The position numbers and the translations under genes were made by a program. A DNA stretch of 64,000 bases from an uncultured virus (IMG/VR IMGVR_UViG_3300026116_000008) (Duplodnaviria; Heunggongvirae; Uroviricota; Caudoviricetes): IMG/VR virus record IMGVR_UViG_3300026116_000008, one strand, 5' to 3'. Positions 41,839 to 50,455 of this stretch are shown in pieces (position 1 is the first letter of the stretch; each line of letters begins with the position of its first letter). The notes under the pieces were generated by a model. That model was not told where the DNA came from, ran no database searches, and saw only the letters and a program-made list of their open reading frames with translations.

Positions 41839-42393
41839 ATGGCACCCGACCTCGATGAAAGCACTCTGGCGAAACTCGCGCGCGAGATCGTCATGAACAT
41901 CAGGAACTACAAAGAGACCTTCGAGACCTTCGGCATCACCGAAGAGGACTACTACGAGATCGAGAAGAACGAGTTCTTCAAGAAGGTCAAAGAGCAGTTC
42001 GCGATCGAGTGGAACGCGACGACGTCGACGTCCGAGCGGCTGAAAGTCGGCGCCATGGCCTATTTCGAGCAGCTGCTGCCGCGGCTGACCCGGCGCGCGA
42101 TCGCCGGCGAAGACACGCTGGCCGCCTCGACCGAAGTCGGCAAGCTGCTGATGAAGACCGCCGGCATGGGGGAACAGACCAAGGGCGAGCCGAACCTCGC
42201 CGAGAGGTTCGTCATCACCATCAACATGGGCGGCGACACCGAGAAGTTCGACAAGCCGCTGGATATCACGACGATCGACGCGCCGGTGCTCACGCCCGCG
42301 CCGGCCGCGATCGCAGCGCCTGAAAAGCGCAAACGCGGGCGACCACGGAAGACCTACGATCAGGTCGCAAACATAGGGGGTCAAAATGGCTGA
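41839..42393 (+). CDS. Terminase small subunit (putative)
   Basis: Helical 184-aa protein ending with F.ITIN.GG strand; upstream of large terminase. Confidence 0.65.
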   Translation: MAPDLDESTLAKLAREIVMNIRNYKETFETFGITEEDYYEIEKNEFFKKVKEQFAIEWNATTSTSERLKVGAMAYFEQLLPRLTRRAIAGEDTLAASTEVGKLLMKTAGMGEQTKGEPNLAERFVITINMGGDTEKFDKPLDITTIDAPVLTPAPAAIAAPEKRKRGRPRKTYDQVANIGGQNG

Positions 42394-42619
42394 TAATCCG
42401 CACGGCAGCATCGGCGCATTTCGCGTGCGCGAGAGCTTCAATCCGTCGCAAGACAACATGGTCGACAAGCTGAAGCGCTACACGGCCGATATCATCGACC
42501 TGTGCAACGATCTCAAGACCAGCGGCGACGGAGAACAGGCCCGCCTCGCCGCGCTCGCTATGACCGCCTATGAAGAGGCGTGCATGTGGGCTGTGAAGGC
42601 GGCCACCACACCTAAATGA
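42386..42619 (+). CDS. Acb2/Tad1-like cyclic-nucleotide sponge (putative)
   Basis: Helical hairpin FNPS...VDKLK...ARLAALAMTAYEEACMWAVKA. Confidence 0.6.
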   Translation: MADNPHGSIGAFRVRESFNPSQDNMVDKLKRYTADIIDLCNDLKTSGDGEQARLAALAMTAYEEACMWAVKAATTPK

Positions 42620-42629
42620 GGGGTAAATC

Positions 42630-42830
42630 ATGACTACGACTGTAAAAGTGCACGTCAACGGCCAGTACCGGGCCACCGTCCTGCAGGACGATCGCCCGCC
42701 GGTGATCGTCGAGGGCAACTACAACGGTGGCTCCGGCGAGAAGTCGTTCTATCTTGCGCATCCAGCGAACAGTACGTTCGTCGTCACCGAGGAATACGTG
42801 CAGGACAACGACAAGCGTCCGGCCGAATAG
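42630..42830 (+). CDS. Small beta-rich hypothetical protein
   Basis: GAGG RBS, 66 aa. Confidence 0.6.
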   Translation: MTTTVKVHVNGQYRATVLQDDRPPVIVEGNYNGGSGEKSFYLAHPANSTFVVTEEYVQDNDKRPAE

Positions 42831-42839
42831 CGGTCTTTC

Positions 42840-44294
42840 ATGTCTGTTATCTACGACGCGCCGCCGACGCTGGGTCGCTTCATGCGGTCGGAAGCGTTCG
42901 GCCGGCTCGCGGCCGGGCCCGTGGGTAGCGGCAAGACCACCGCCTGCATCATGGAGTGCCTGCGCCGCGCGCTTGGACAGGCGAAGGCGCCGGATGGATA
43001 CCGGTACACCCGTTTCGCTTTTGTTCGTCAGACCCTTAAACAGCTGAAAGACACCGTCTTGAAAGACGTGCAGTCGTGGCTGGCCGGGTTAGGCGAATGG
43101 CGGGTCTCGGACAACACGTTTTATGTGGAGTTCGGTGACGTCAAGTCCGAGTGGGTGTTCATCCCGCTGGAAAATTCCGACGACCAAGCCCGGTTGCTAT
43201 CCATGCAGCTGACAGGGGCGTGGATGTCGGAATGCATCGAAATGGATTTCTCGGTGGTCGCGCCGCTCTCCGGTCGTATCGGGCGATATCCGAGCGGCAA
43301 CCGCGGCACGCCGACGTGGTTCGGCATCGTCGCCGACACCAACATGCCTGTCGAAATGAGCGACTGGTATAAGTTCATGACGGCGCCGCCGCCGGACTGG
43401 CAGGTCTTTATTCAGCCGTCGGGGCTCGCCGAGAACGCTGAAAACCTCAATTACCTTTTACAGACAGAAGAGACGCTGAAGCTGCCGATCAATCATCCGC
43501 GGCGGCTGGCGCAGGGGAGAAGATATTATGAGCGCTTCCTTGAGATGTACGGCAGCGATCACCCGTGGGTTAACCGCTACGTTTATGCGCAGTACGGCGA
43601 CGATCCCTCCGGTGAAGGCGTCTTCCGGGCGACCTTCAACACCAAATTCCATGTCGTGGAAAACACCCTCGTCATCCCCGGTTACCCTATCATCGTCGGA
43701 CAGGATTTCGGTCGTAACCCGTGGTCGCTCATCTGCCAAGTTGATCATATGGGACGACTTCTCGCACACGAGGAGGTCGCTGGAACTAACACCGGCCTAG
43801 AGAAGCACATCGTCCAGAGTTTGCGGCCGCGGCTCTTTCAGGAAAAATATCTCGGCGCCAAGATCATCGTCGTCGGCGATCCGAGCGGCGTCAATAAAGG
43901 ACAGGTCTCGGAGGAAAGCTGCTTCGACGCGCTGAAGCGGATGGGCTTCCCGGCGTTCGGCGCCCCGACCAACGACATCGACCCGCGGCTGCGCGCCGTC
44001 GAAGCGCTGCTGGCACGGCAGACCAACGGCGGTCCCTCGCTGCTGATCAACCGCGCCGGCTGTCCGTTCTTGGTCCGTGCCATGTCTGGAGGCTATCGAT
44101 ACAAACGCCACAAGGACGGCGCGCTGCGCGCGGTGCCCGAGAAGTTCGACAAGGAAGGTTTCTCGCACATCGCCGACTGTTTGCAGTACGTCGCGCTTGT
44201 GGTTCATGGTGGACTTGTGCATGAGTTTGCCCGGCGGATGCAGCCGCGGGCACGCCCCGTGAACCGGCGCATCACCGCTGCGGGGTGGACGTGA
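42840..44294 (+). CDS. terL: Terminase large subunit
   Basis: Walker A GPVGSGKT, Walker B-like AWMSE, nuclease GQDFG and SHIADCLQY. Confidence 0.92.
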   Translation: MSVIYDAPPTLGRFMRSEAFGRLAAGPVGSGKTTACIMECLRRALGQAKAPDGYRYTRFAFVRQTLKQLKDTVLKDVQSWLAGLGEWRVSDNTFYVEFGDVKSEWVFIPLENSDDQARLLSMQLTGAWMSECIEMDFSVVAPLSGRIGRYPSGNRGTPTWFGIVADTNMPVEMSDWYKFMTAPPPDWQVFIQPSGLAENAENLNYLLQTEETLKLPINHPRRLAQGRRYYERFLEMYGSDHPWVNRYVYAQYGDDPSGEGVFRATFNTKFHVVENTLVIPGYPIIVGQDFGRNPWSLICQVDHMGRLLAHEEVAGTNTGLEKHIVQSLRPRLFQEKYLGAKIIVVGDPSGVNKGQVSEESCFDALKRMGFPAFGAPTNDIDPRLRAVEALLARQTNGGPSLLINRAGCPFLVRAMSGGYRYKRHKDGALRAVPEKFDKEGFSHIADCLQYVALVVHGGLVHEFARRMQPRARPVNRRITAAGWT

Positions 44295-44365
44295 TGTTTC
44301 GACGGCACAAACCACATAGTCACGCGTTTCTCCGGCTGATTTATCACCGTCATGGCGGGCAGTGG

Positions 44366-44565
44366 CAATGGAGAGTGGCACGGACCTTTGGCCCGACATT
44401 CAACGACGGGTTAAGCGGCTAGATTTTCTCTGCAAACACCCGCCGCGGTGCCCCGTTTGCAACGACGAACAGGTCCAGCTGATGGACCGCGACCTGCCCG
44501 CGGAGTGGAAGTGTCGACGATGCAAGGCCCCATTTTTCCATGAGCCGCCGTCTGCCAGTCCCTGA
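44366..44565 (+). CDS. Small zinc-ribbon protein
   Basis: CPVC...CRRC; start uncertain (may begin a few codons either side). Confidence 0.45.
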
Positions 44566-44899
44566 TTTAGGCGCCGCGCTGGGCATGCAGCCGTTGCAGC
44601 CCGGACGCACGCCGGAAGACGCCGCGCGGGACGAAGCCGCGCTGAAGAGATTATTTGACCAAGTATGGGAGGAGCCGATGATGGATTTCGGACAGGCGAT
44701 CCGGGTGCTGAAGCAAGGTAACCGCGTCGCACGCAAGGGCTGGAACGGCAAGGGGATGTGGCTGGCGCTGCAGGTGCCGGACGAACACTCCAAAATGTCG
44801 TTGCCCTACATTTACATGAGCACGGTCGACGGCAAGCTGGTGCCGTGGCTCGCCAGTCAGACCGACGTGCTCGCGGAAGACTGGGTGCTGTGGGTTTGA
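44540..44899 (+). CDS. tad2: DUF2829 / Thoeris anti-defence Tad2 family protein
   Basis: MDFGQAI..LK.G.RVARKGWNGKGM...PW.ASQTD.LAEDW signature. Confidence 0.85.
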   Translation: MSRRLPVPDLGAALGMQPLQPGRTPEDAARDEAALKRLFDQVWEEPMMDFGQAIRVLKQGNRVARKGWNGKGMWLALQVPDEHSKMSLPYIYMSTVDGKLVPWLASQTDVLAEDWVLWV

Positions 44900-45294
44900 T
44901 GGCCCGGTCCTGCGGCAGCTGCACGCTGTGCTGTCGGGTGATGAAGGTCCCCGGGGTCAAGGACGACCACGCGTGGTGCTCGCATGCCAAAAAAGGCGCG
45001 TGCGGAATTTACGACACGCGGCCCGAGCTCTGCCGGCAGTTCAACTGCCAGTGGCTGATGAACGAGAAACTCGGCCCCCACTGGTTTCCCAAGGACGCCA
45101 AGATCGTCGTCGACCTCAAGATCGGCGAGGCCGGTGCGGTGCTCGCCTTCATCGTCGACCCGAACTACCCGGACCGCTGGAAGGAAAACCCGTGGTGGCC
45201 GGACATCCGCGCGCTGATGGGTCAGGGCATCGTGTCCGGGATGTGGTCCACGGTGGTGATGATCAAGGAACAGATGATCGTGCTGGGCCGCTAA
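44899..45294 (+). CDS. YkgJ-like Cys-cluster protein
   Basis: CGSCTLCC...C.IY..RP..C..F.C. Confidence 0.7.
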   Translation: MARSCGSCTLCCRVMKVPGVKDDHAWCSHAKKGACGIYDTRPELCRQFNCQWLMNEKLGPHWFPKDAKIVVDLKIGEAGAVLAFIVDPNYPDRWKENPWWPDIRALMGQGIVSGMWSTVVMIKEQMIVLGR

Positions 45295-45596
45295 AAGCGA
45301 TCGTCCGGCACGACCATCCACACGCTATAGGACGGCCACGCCGGATCGCCGTAGATGACGTAGTTCCAGCAGAACAACGGTTTTTCCCAGACCCGGATCA
45401 TTAGCCGGTGATCGTCAGCAGCAGCAGCAGCACCGCCAGCACCGGCATCCAGCACAAAAACAGAACAAAGCCGATCTTCAGGTCGTCTTTCATCTGATCT
45501 TCTTCCCACACACCCCGCATCTCCAGAACGTCCCGCCGGCGTCGTGATCGACCGTTCCGCCATACAGCTTCATCCGGAGCCAGCACTTCATCCACG

Positions 45597-45794
45597 TCAG
45601 CATGTCGGATCGAACTCCCCCCACGTGTAAACAACGGCTGAACCGACGTACCGGAACGCCCGCTGCCCGCAGGCGCAGCCGAGCCGAACAGTCTCTTTCG
45701 GCGGGTCTCGCCGCGAATTTGGCTGATACTCAAAATGCGGGCGGACGCTCCCGAGGTTGACCCACTCGTGCTGTCCGGTCTCATGCACATGCAT
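45597..45794 (-). CDS. Small hypothetical protein
   Basis: 65 aa, CAC motif, follows 45781 gene. Confidence 0.4.
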   Translation of the reverse strand: MHVHETGQHEWVNLGSVRPHFEYQPNSRRDPPKETVRLGCACGQRAFRYVGSAVVYTWGEFDPTC

Positions 45795-46299
45795 CGAGTT
45801 TCTCGGGCGGCTGCACGGCGGTGACGATCATGTCGAGGAGCTTGCGGCGGTCTTTCGGGGTGATCCGGTACCCGTAGCCCCATAAAGTGTTGATCGTAAT
45901 TTTTAGAGGTTCGAGGATTTTCCGCAGATTGCAGACGTAGACGTCGACCGACTTGTAGGCCATGTCGTCGCGGACCTTCGAGACCTGATCGTTCTGGACC
46001 AAGGCCAGCAGCAGGATCGCCTCCGAGCGGGCGCAGCGGAACAGTTTCTGCACGCGGTAGAGGAGAGCGATCGGGTCGACGCCGGTGGCGCGCGCGTAGT
46101 TCACCCGCTGGTCGCGCGGAAAGCCCGGGGGCCAGTCTTCGCGCGGGAGCTCAAGCAGCCGGCCGTCCTGCAGGGCGTCGGTCAGGATTTCGCGAATTTG
46201 GTCGGACGGCAGGGAGGTGGACCGGGCGATCGCCCGCACAGGGACGCCTTCATCGGCGAGGCGGATGACCACTTCGTATTGCGACGCGCTCCCCATCAA
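45781..46299 (-). CDS. Transcription regulator with OmpR/CtrA-type winged-helix domain and no receiver domain
   Basis: KSVDVYVCNLRK.L....I.TLWG.GY; N-terminal HTH-like GVPVRAIAR. Confidence 0.8.
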   Translation of the reverse strand: MMGSASQYEVVIRLADEGVPVRAIARSTSLPSDQIREILTDALQDGRLLELPREDWPPGFPRDQRVNYARATGVDPIALLYRVQKLFRCARSEAILLLALVQNDQVSKVRDDMAYKSVDVYVCNLRKILEPLKITINTLWGYGYRITPKDRRKLLDMIVTAVQPPEKLDACA

Positions 46300-46319
46300 C
46301 CGCTACCCCTAGCCAGCCA

Positions 46320-47637
46320 AGGTTGTATTGGTTCTTAAAGTGCTTCGCCGGTTCCTCGCAAGCACTAAAAAATTCAGCCAACAAAAATCGACCCGCGCGA
46401 GCGATGCCCGGCGGGTCGAGAAGTTGTCCACACCCAAGAGAGAAACGTTCGGAGGAACGTCGAGCCGGAACATATCGGGGTCACGGCACGCGCGCAAGTG
46501 GTGCATGGGATAATTTTCCGGGGGGATTTTGGAGGACCGGTGATCACGGAGGACCCGTGAAGGGGGTGGGGGTGTCTGAGGGGGGAGGGGAGTGTGTCAA
46601 TAAGTGAGGCACCTTTTGTGCTATGTATCACGAATTGTGAGGGTGCGGGGGTGGTCGGGTTGTGTGTTGCCAAAGTTGATAATGTCACGTTTCGTGATAC
46701 TTGGAATTTTGGGGTCGAGGTGTTTCACGGTCCTAGCAATATAGCGCGCGGGCCGGTGGGGCCTGTCCATGGTGGGGGTGGGGTAGTGCGATGGCCCTTT
46801 ATCAACAAATGAGACAGTCCAATTGCTCTTTGTTTTCAATCACTTAGCGAGTAGCAATAAAAGACACATAGCACGAAACTACACAAATGATACGTAAAGT
46901 GCGTTACCAAACATGCTAGCACCATTGGTCACGCACTTTATGAGACATCGCCTTGTCTGGTATCAACAAAAGACACATTTTGGCGCCGCTGCTAGTTTTT
47001 TTACAACTCTTTGGGCGATCTCCTAGAACTAGAGCAAACCATTGAAATCATTGAGCTTTTTGACTGCTAGTCTGTTAGTCGGCAAAAACGGCAGGTCACC
47101 GCTCCGGCAGAGAACAAGTTTCCGGAGGCGCTTCCGGAGCGTGTCTCAAAAATTGATCTGAGGAAGCGGTATCATATAACCTTATTATAACTATATGAAA
47201 TAATTGTCTTTTTTACTTTTTGACTAAAAAACAAATTGAAAAATACAAATTAGATCGTATGCGATCATTCTCCGGAAAGTTCTCCGGAAACTCTCCGGAA
47301 ACGCCGTTTTTGGAGGTGTCCACTGCCAGAAATCGCCGCTAACAGACTAACAGCCCCTTTTTGGACCTGCTTTTTACCAAATTTAGTTAATGATTTCATG
47401 GTGTTATCCTACAGACTATCAACAAATGTCGCCATATGCTGGGGAACTCTTAATGAAATCAATAAGTTAGACCCATAGCCAAAAAGTAACATTCCAAGCC
47501 GGCCAAAAGCGCTCTGTAACCCATTGATTTTATTGGTGTCTCAAATGCATGTTGACAAACGTGATATTAGACCGGTAAATCGCCTTCGGCGAATTTAAGA
47601 CAACGCCGACGACACACCCAATTGGAGCAACCAGAAA
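46320..47637. other. AT-rich non-coding control region (origin and/or genome terminus candidate)
   Basis: No credible ORF; inverted repeats, TCCGGA iterations, IHF-consensus sites, operators, between divergent transcription units. Confidence 0.6.
47552..47581 (+). promoter_or_regulatory. Early sigma70-like promoter
   Basis: TTGACA followed by GGTAAATC, similar to alphaproteobacterial GCTANAWC -10. Confidence 0.6.
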
Positions 47638-48921
47638 ATGGCTAGAACCCCTTCGATGACAACCGCGGAAGCCGAACAAGTCCTCGGCCCGCGCGGACAT
47701 CTCAACGTTAATTCGGACAACCGCGCAACCGTCCGAAAGTGGATTGTCGCGCAAGGCTTTCCTGCGCTCTTTGTCGGCGGCTTGTCCATGCGTGAATTGG
47801 CGCTGGCCTATAACCAAACCGACGGCGCGGGCATTGCCGCCCTACAGCGCAAGTTTCAGGAAACCGAAACTGACGACGAGGACAACGCAGACGACGACGC
47901 GCAGCAAGCCGCTGCCGCGGCTGTCGCGAAGATTGGACACGCGTCGCCTGCCGCTCCCGCGCAAAACGTTGGTCCGCACAACGCCGCGGCAATCCTGCAA
48001 GGCAACGACCCGATGGCGCTGCTGCGGGAAATCTTGCTTGGCGGTTACAAGCCGGGCCTAGACGAAAATCGCGTGCGGGAAATCGTTCAGGACACTCTTG
48101 CCGGCGTCGCGCCGCGCGTCGTTGAAATCCGCAACAACGACAAGCCGCCGGTCAAAATCGAAGGCATCATTCATCCTGAATTTGAGCGCTGTCTGAAATA
48201 TCTTTCGAACACTGGCCCTGACAACTATCGCGCCAATATCATGCTCGTCGGCCCTGCCGGCTGCGGCAAAACCTATCTCGCGAAGCAACTCGCCAAGGCT
48301 CTGAGTGTCGACCATACGATTGTTGGCGGTACCGCAGGCGCCAGCGAAGGCGACCTGATCGGCCGTCTTTTACCCGGTGAAGGCGGAAAGTTTGATTACG
48401 TGCCGTCCAAGGCTATCTCGCTTTACGAGCGCGGAAACGCGCTGATCTGCTTCGATGAAATAGACGGCTTTGACCCGAACATGCTCATGGTCGCGAATAT
48501 GCCGCTCGCAAATTCCTCTTGGTTCGTTCACTTGCGGCGTGACGAGCCTGAAGTGCACCGCGGTGACAACGTGTATTTCATGGCAACCGCCAACACGTAC
48601 GGCACGGGCGCAAATCCGATTTACGCCGGCCGCAATCCCATGGACGGCGCAACGCGCGACCGTTTTATCTTCATTACGGTCGACTATGACACCAAGCTTG
48701 AAGAGAGCATCGCCGCTGCCGGCGGACTGACAACTGCGGAGTGCGCGGGCCTTTGGGAAATGCGCAACCGTGCACGCGAAGCCGGCTTGCGCCGCGTCAT
48801 CTCAACTCGTGCGTTCCAGAAGGCTGCGGTTATGAAGACCGCAGGCGAAACGTGGAAGGAAATCCGCGGGCATCTTCTGGAGGACTGGACCAAGGATGAG
48901 CGCGCCAAGATCGGCGTTTAA
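47638..48921 (+). CDS. MoxR/CbbQ-like AAA+ ATPase
   Basis: Walker A GPAGCGKT, Walker B FDEID, TANT.G.G...Y.GRN..D.AT.DRF. Confidence 0.9.
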   Translation: MARTPSMTTAEAEQVLGPRGHLNVNSDNRATVRKWIVAQGFPALFVGGLSMRELALAYNQTDGAGIAALQRKFQETETDDEDNADDDAQQAAAAAVAKIGHASPAAPAQNVGPHNAAAILQGNDPMALLREILLGGYKPGLDENRVREIVQDTLAGVAPRVVEIRNNDKPPVKIEGIIHPEFERCLKYLSNTGPDNYRANIMLVGPAGCGKTYLAKQLAKALSVDHTIVGGTAGASEGDLIGRLLPGEGGKFDYVPSKAISLYERGNALICFDEIDGFDPNMLMVANMPLANSSWFVHLRRDEPEVHRGDNVYFMATANTYGTGANPIYAGRNPMDGATRDRFIFITVDYDTKLEESIAAAGGLTTAECAGLWEMRNRAREAGLRRVISTRAFQKAAVMKTAGETWKEIRGHLLEDWTKDERAKIGV

Positions 48922-48924
48922 AGA

Positions 48925-48978
48925 GGGCGAAACCGCGCCATGGCGCGGTCTAGCGGTCATGCCGCTACTGACGAGCCC
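48925..48978 (+). ncRNA. Hammerhead ribozyme, type II (HH1)
   Basis: GGGC-GAAA-[CCGCGCCATGGCGCGG]-TC^-TAGCGG-tcatg-CCGCTA-CTGACGA-GCCC; complete core, three stems; cleavage after 48950. Confidence 0.92.
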
Positions 48979-49010
48979 AAAGCTTTCGCAGCAACAATGG
49001 AGCAACACCC

Positions 49011-49220
49011 ATGCAAGCTAAACGCAAGACGCTAACGTCGGGTTGGTATGAGTTTGATCTAGCCAACGGCAAAACCGTTGGCGTGCGATGCCACGGTAAG
49101 GGCGAATGGAGCATTTATTTTCGGCAAGACGGCAAACCCGTTGAACCTACGCCCGAAGGCGGACAAGAGATTTTTTTCCACGGCTATAAAACTGCTGTGG
49201 CGTTTGCGCTTAACCACTAA
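49011..49220 (+). CDS. Small early protein
   Basis: AATGGAGCAA leader; 69 aa. Confidence 0.65.
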   Translation: MQAKRKTLTSGWYEFDLANGKTVGVRCHGKGEWSIYFRQDGKPVEPTPEGGQEIFFHGYKTAVAFALNH

Positions 49221-49238
49221 AAAATGGAGCAACACCCA

Positions 49239-50081
49239 ATGGCCACCCATCAACCGCTACAAGATGGACGATACGACAGCGTAACGGACTTCATTGCGGC
49301 CGTTAACCTTCGGTGCTTTGAGCCCAAGAACAGAGAGCATTTCGACGGCTTAATGACCGAAACGAGATACGGGAAAAAATGGTTTGGCGCGGACTGTGCC
49401 AATGGTCGCGACGTTGAACGCGTCATGAACAGCGGCTGGAAGGAAGGCCAAACCCGCATGGAAAAAATGCGGTCTAAAATCGGCAACGTTGAGCTTGTGC
49501 CGATTGATCGTCGTCGACGGCCTGTCAGAACCGACATGGGCGATATCGTCGACATGCCTAGCGTCTGGAGCGGCCGGCTTGATATCGCATGGAAGACCGC
49601 GAAGCGTCGCACGACGCAAGGCCCGCAGAAGATCGAACTATGCGCCAACATGCTTTGCAGCGGCGGCGAGGATGCTGACGTGCTTTTCTGGCGTGGTGCG
49701 GCTGCGGCAACACTGGCGGATATCCTTGAGCAAGCCGGCTACATGGTTCGGCTCGTGATCGCCTTCGGTGGCAAGGAATACACCAACGGCGACGTGTCAT
49801 GCCGGATCATCGTAAAAGACCATGGCATGCCGTTGGACGTCGCCACCACGAGCGCGGTGATCCTGCCCGGTTTCTTTCGCGCCCTAGGCCATGCTTGGAT
49901 CGTCAATCACTCCCGACAGCACATCGGCTATTTTGGCGGCATCACCGTTGAGCAAGGCAAGGTGGACGAAGGCGAGATTTTCCTTTCGCACGAAGTCCGC
50001 GACCAAGCGACCGCGGCTAAATTCGTCACGGCGCAAATCCAGAAACTCAACGATAGCATCATGGGAGGGGCCGCCGCCTGA
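49239..50081 (+). CDS. vWA-like partner of the AAA ATPase (putative)
   Basis: GGAG RBS before MATHQ; WRGAAA..LAD.LE..GY.V.L and FFR pattern; near AAA gene; no canonical MIDAS visible. Confidence 0.55.
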   Translation: MATHQPLQDGRYDSVTDFIAAVNLRCFEPKNREHFDGLMTETRYGKKWFGADCANGRDVERVMNSGWKEGQTRMEKMRSKIGNVELVPIDRRRRPVRTDMGDIVDMPSVWSGRLDIAWKTAKRRTTQGPQKIELCANMLCSGGEDADVLFWRGAAAATLADILEQAGYMVRLVIAFGGKEYTNGDVSCRIIVKDHGMPLDVATTSAVILPGFFRALGHAWIVNHSRQHIGYFGGITVEQGKVDEGEIFLSHEVRDQATAAKFVTAQIQKLNDSIMGGAAA

Positions 50082-50082
50082 A

Positions 50083-50143
50083 GCCCGAAAGGCCCGTCTT
50101 TAAAGACGGGCCTCTAGCGGTTACGCCGCTACTGACGATGGGC
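50083..50143 (+). ncRNA. Hammerhead ribozyme, type II (HH2)
   Basis: GCCC-GAAA-[GGCCCGTCTTTAAAGACGGGCC]-TC^-TAGCGG-ttacg-CCGCTA-CTGACGA-t-GGGC; cleavage after 50114. Confidence 0.9.
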
Positions 50144-50171
50144 CGAAACTATCGCAGCACCCAATGGAGCA

Positions 50172-50405
50172 ATGACCATGATCGTACAAAAATCCGTTAT
50201 GCAACTACTTGCGGCTATGTCACCGTCCGATCAAGCTTTAACGCGGGAATTAACCGACGCGGCGAGGGCCGGGCGCTTTGACCATGTTCAACTCGCAAGC
50301 CTGCAAGCGCGCAATCCGCACGTTGTTTTAACCTATATGATCGAACGTCCAACACTTGTCATGCGAGACGCACGGTTCGCTAGACATGGAAAGGCAAGGC
50401 CATAA
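50172..50405 (+). CDS. Small early protein
   Basis: AATGGAGCAA leader (start may be 50178). Confidence 0.55.
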   Translation: MTMIVQKSVMQLLAAMSPSDQALTRELTDAARAGRFDHVQLASLQARNPHVVLTYMIERPTLVMRDARFARHGKARP

Positions 50406-50455
50406 CAACAATCGACACCCGATAAAGACACCCAACAAAAACGGAGCAACGCATT

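Noticed and set aside
46309..46839. Short ORFs in the control region
   Set aside because: No RBS or coding bias; overlap operators and G-tracts
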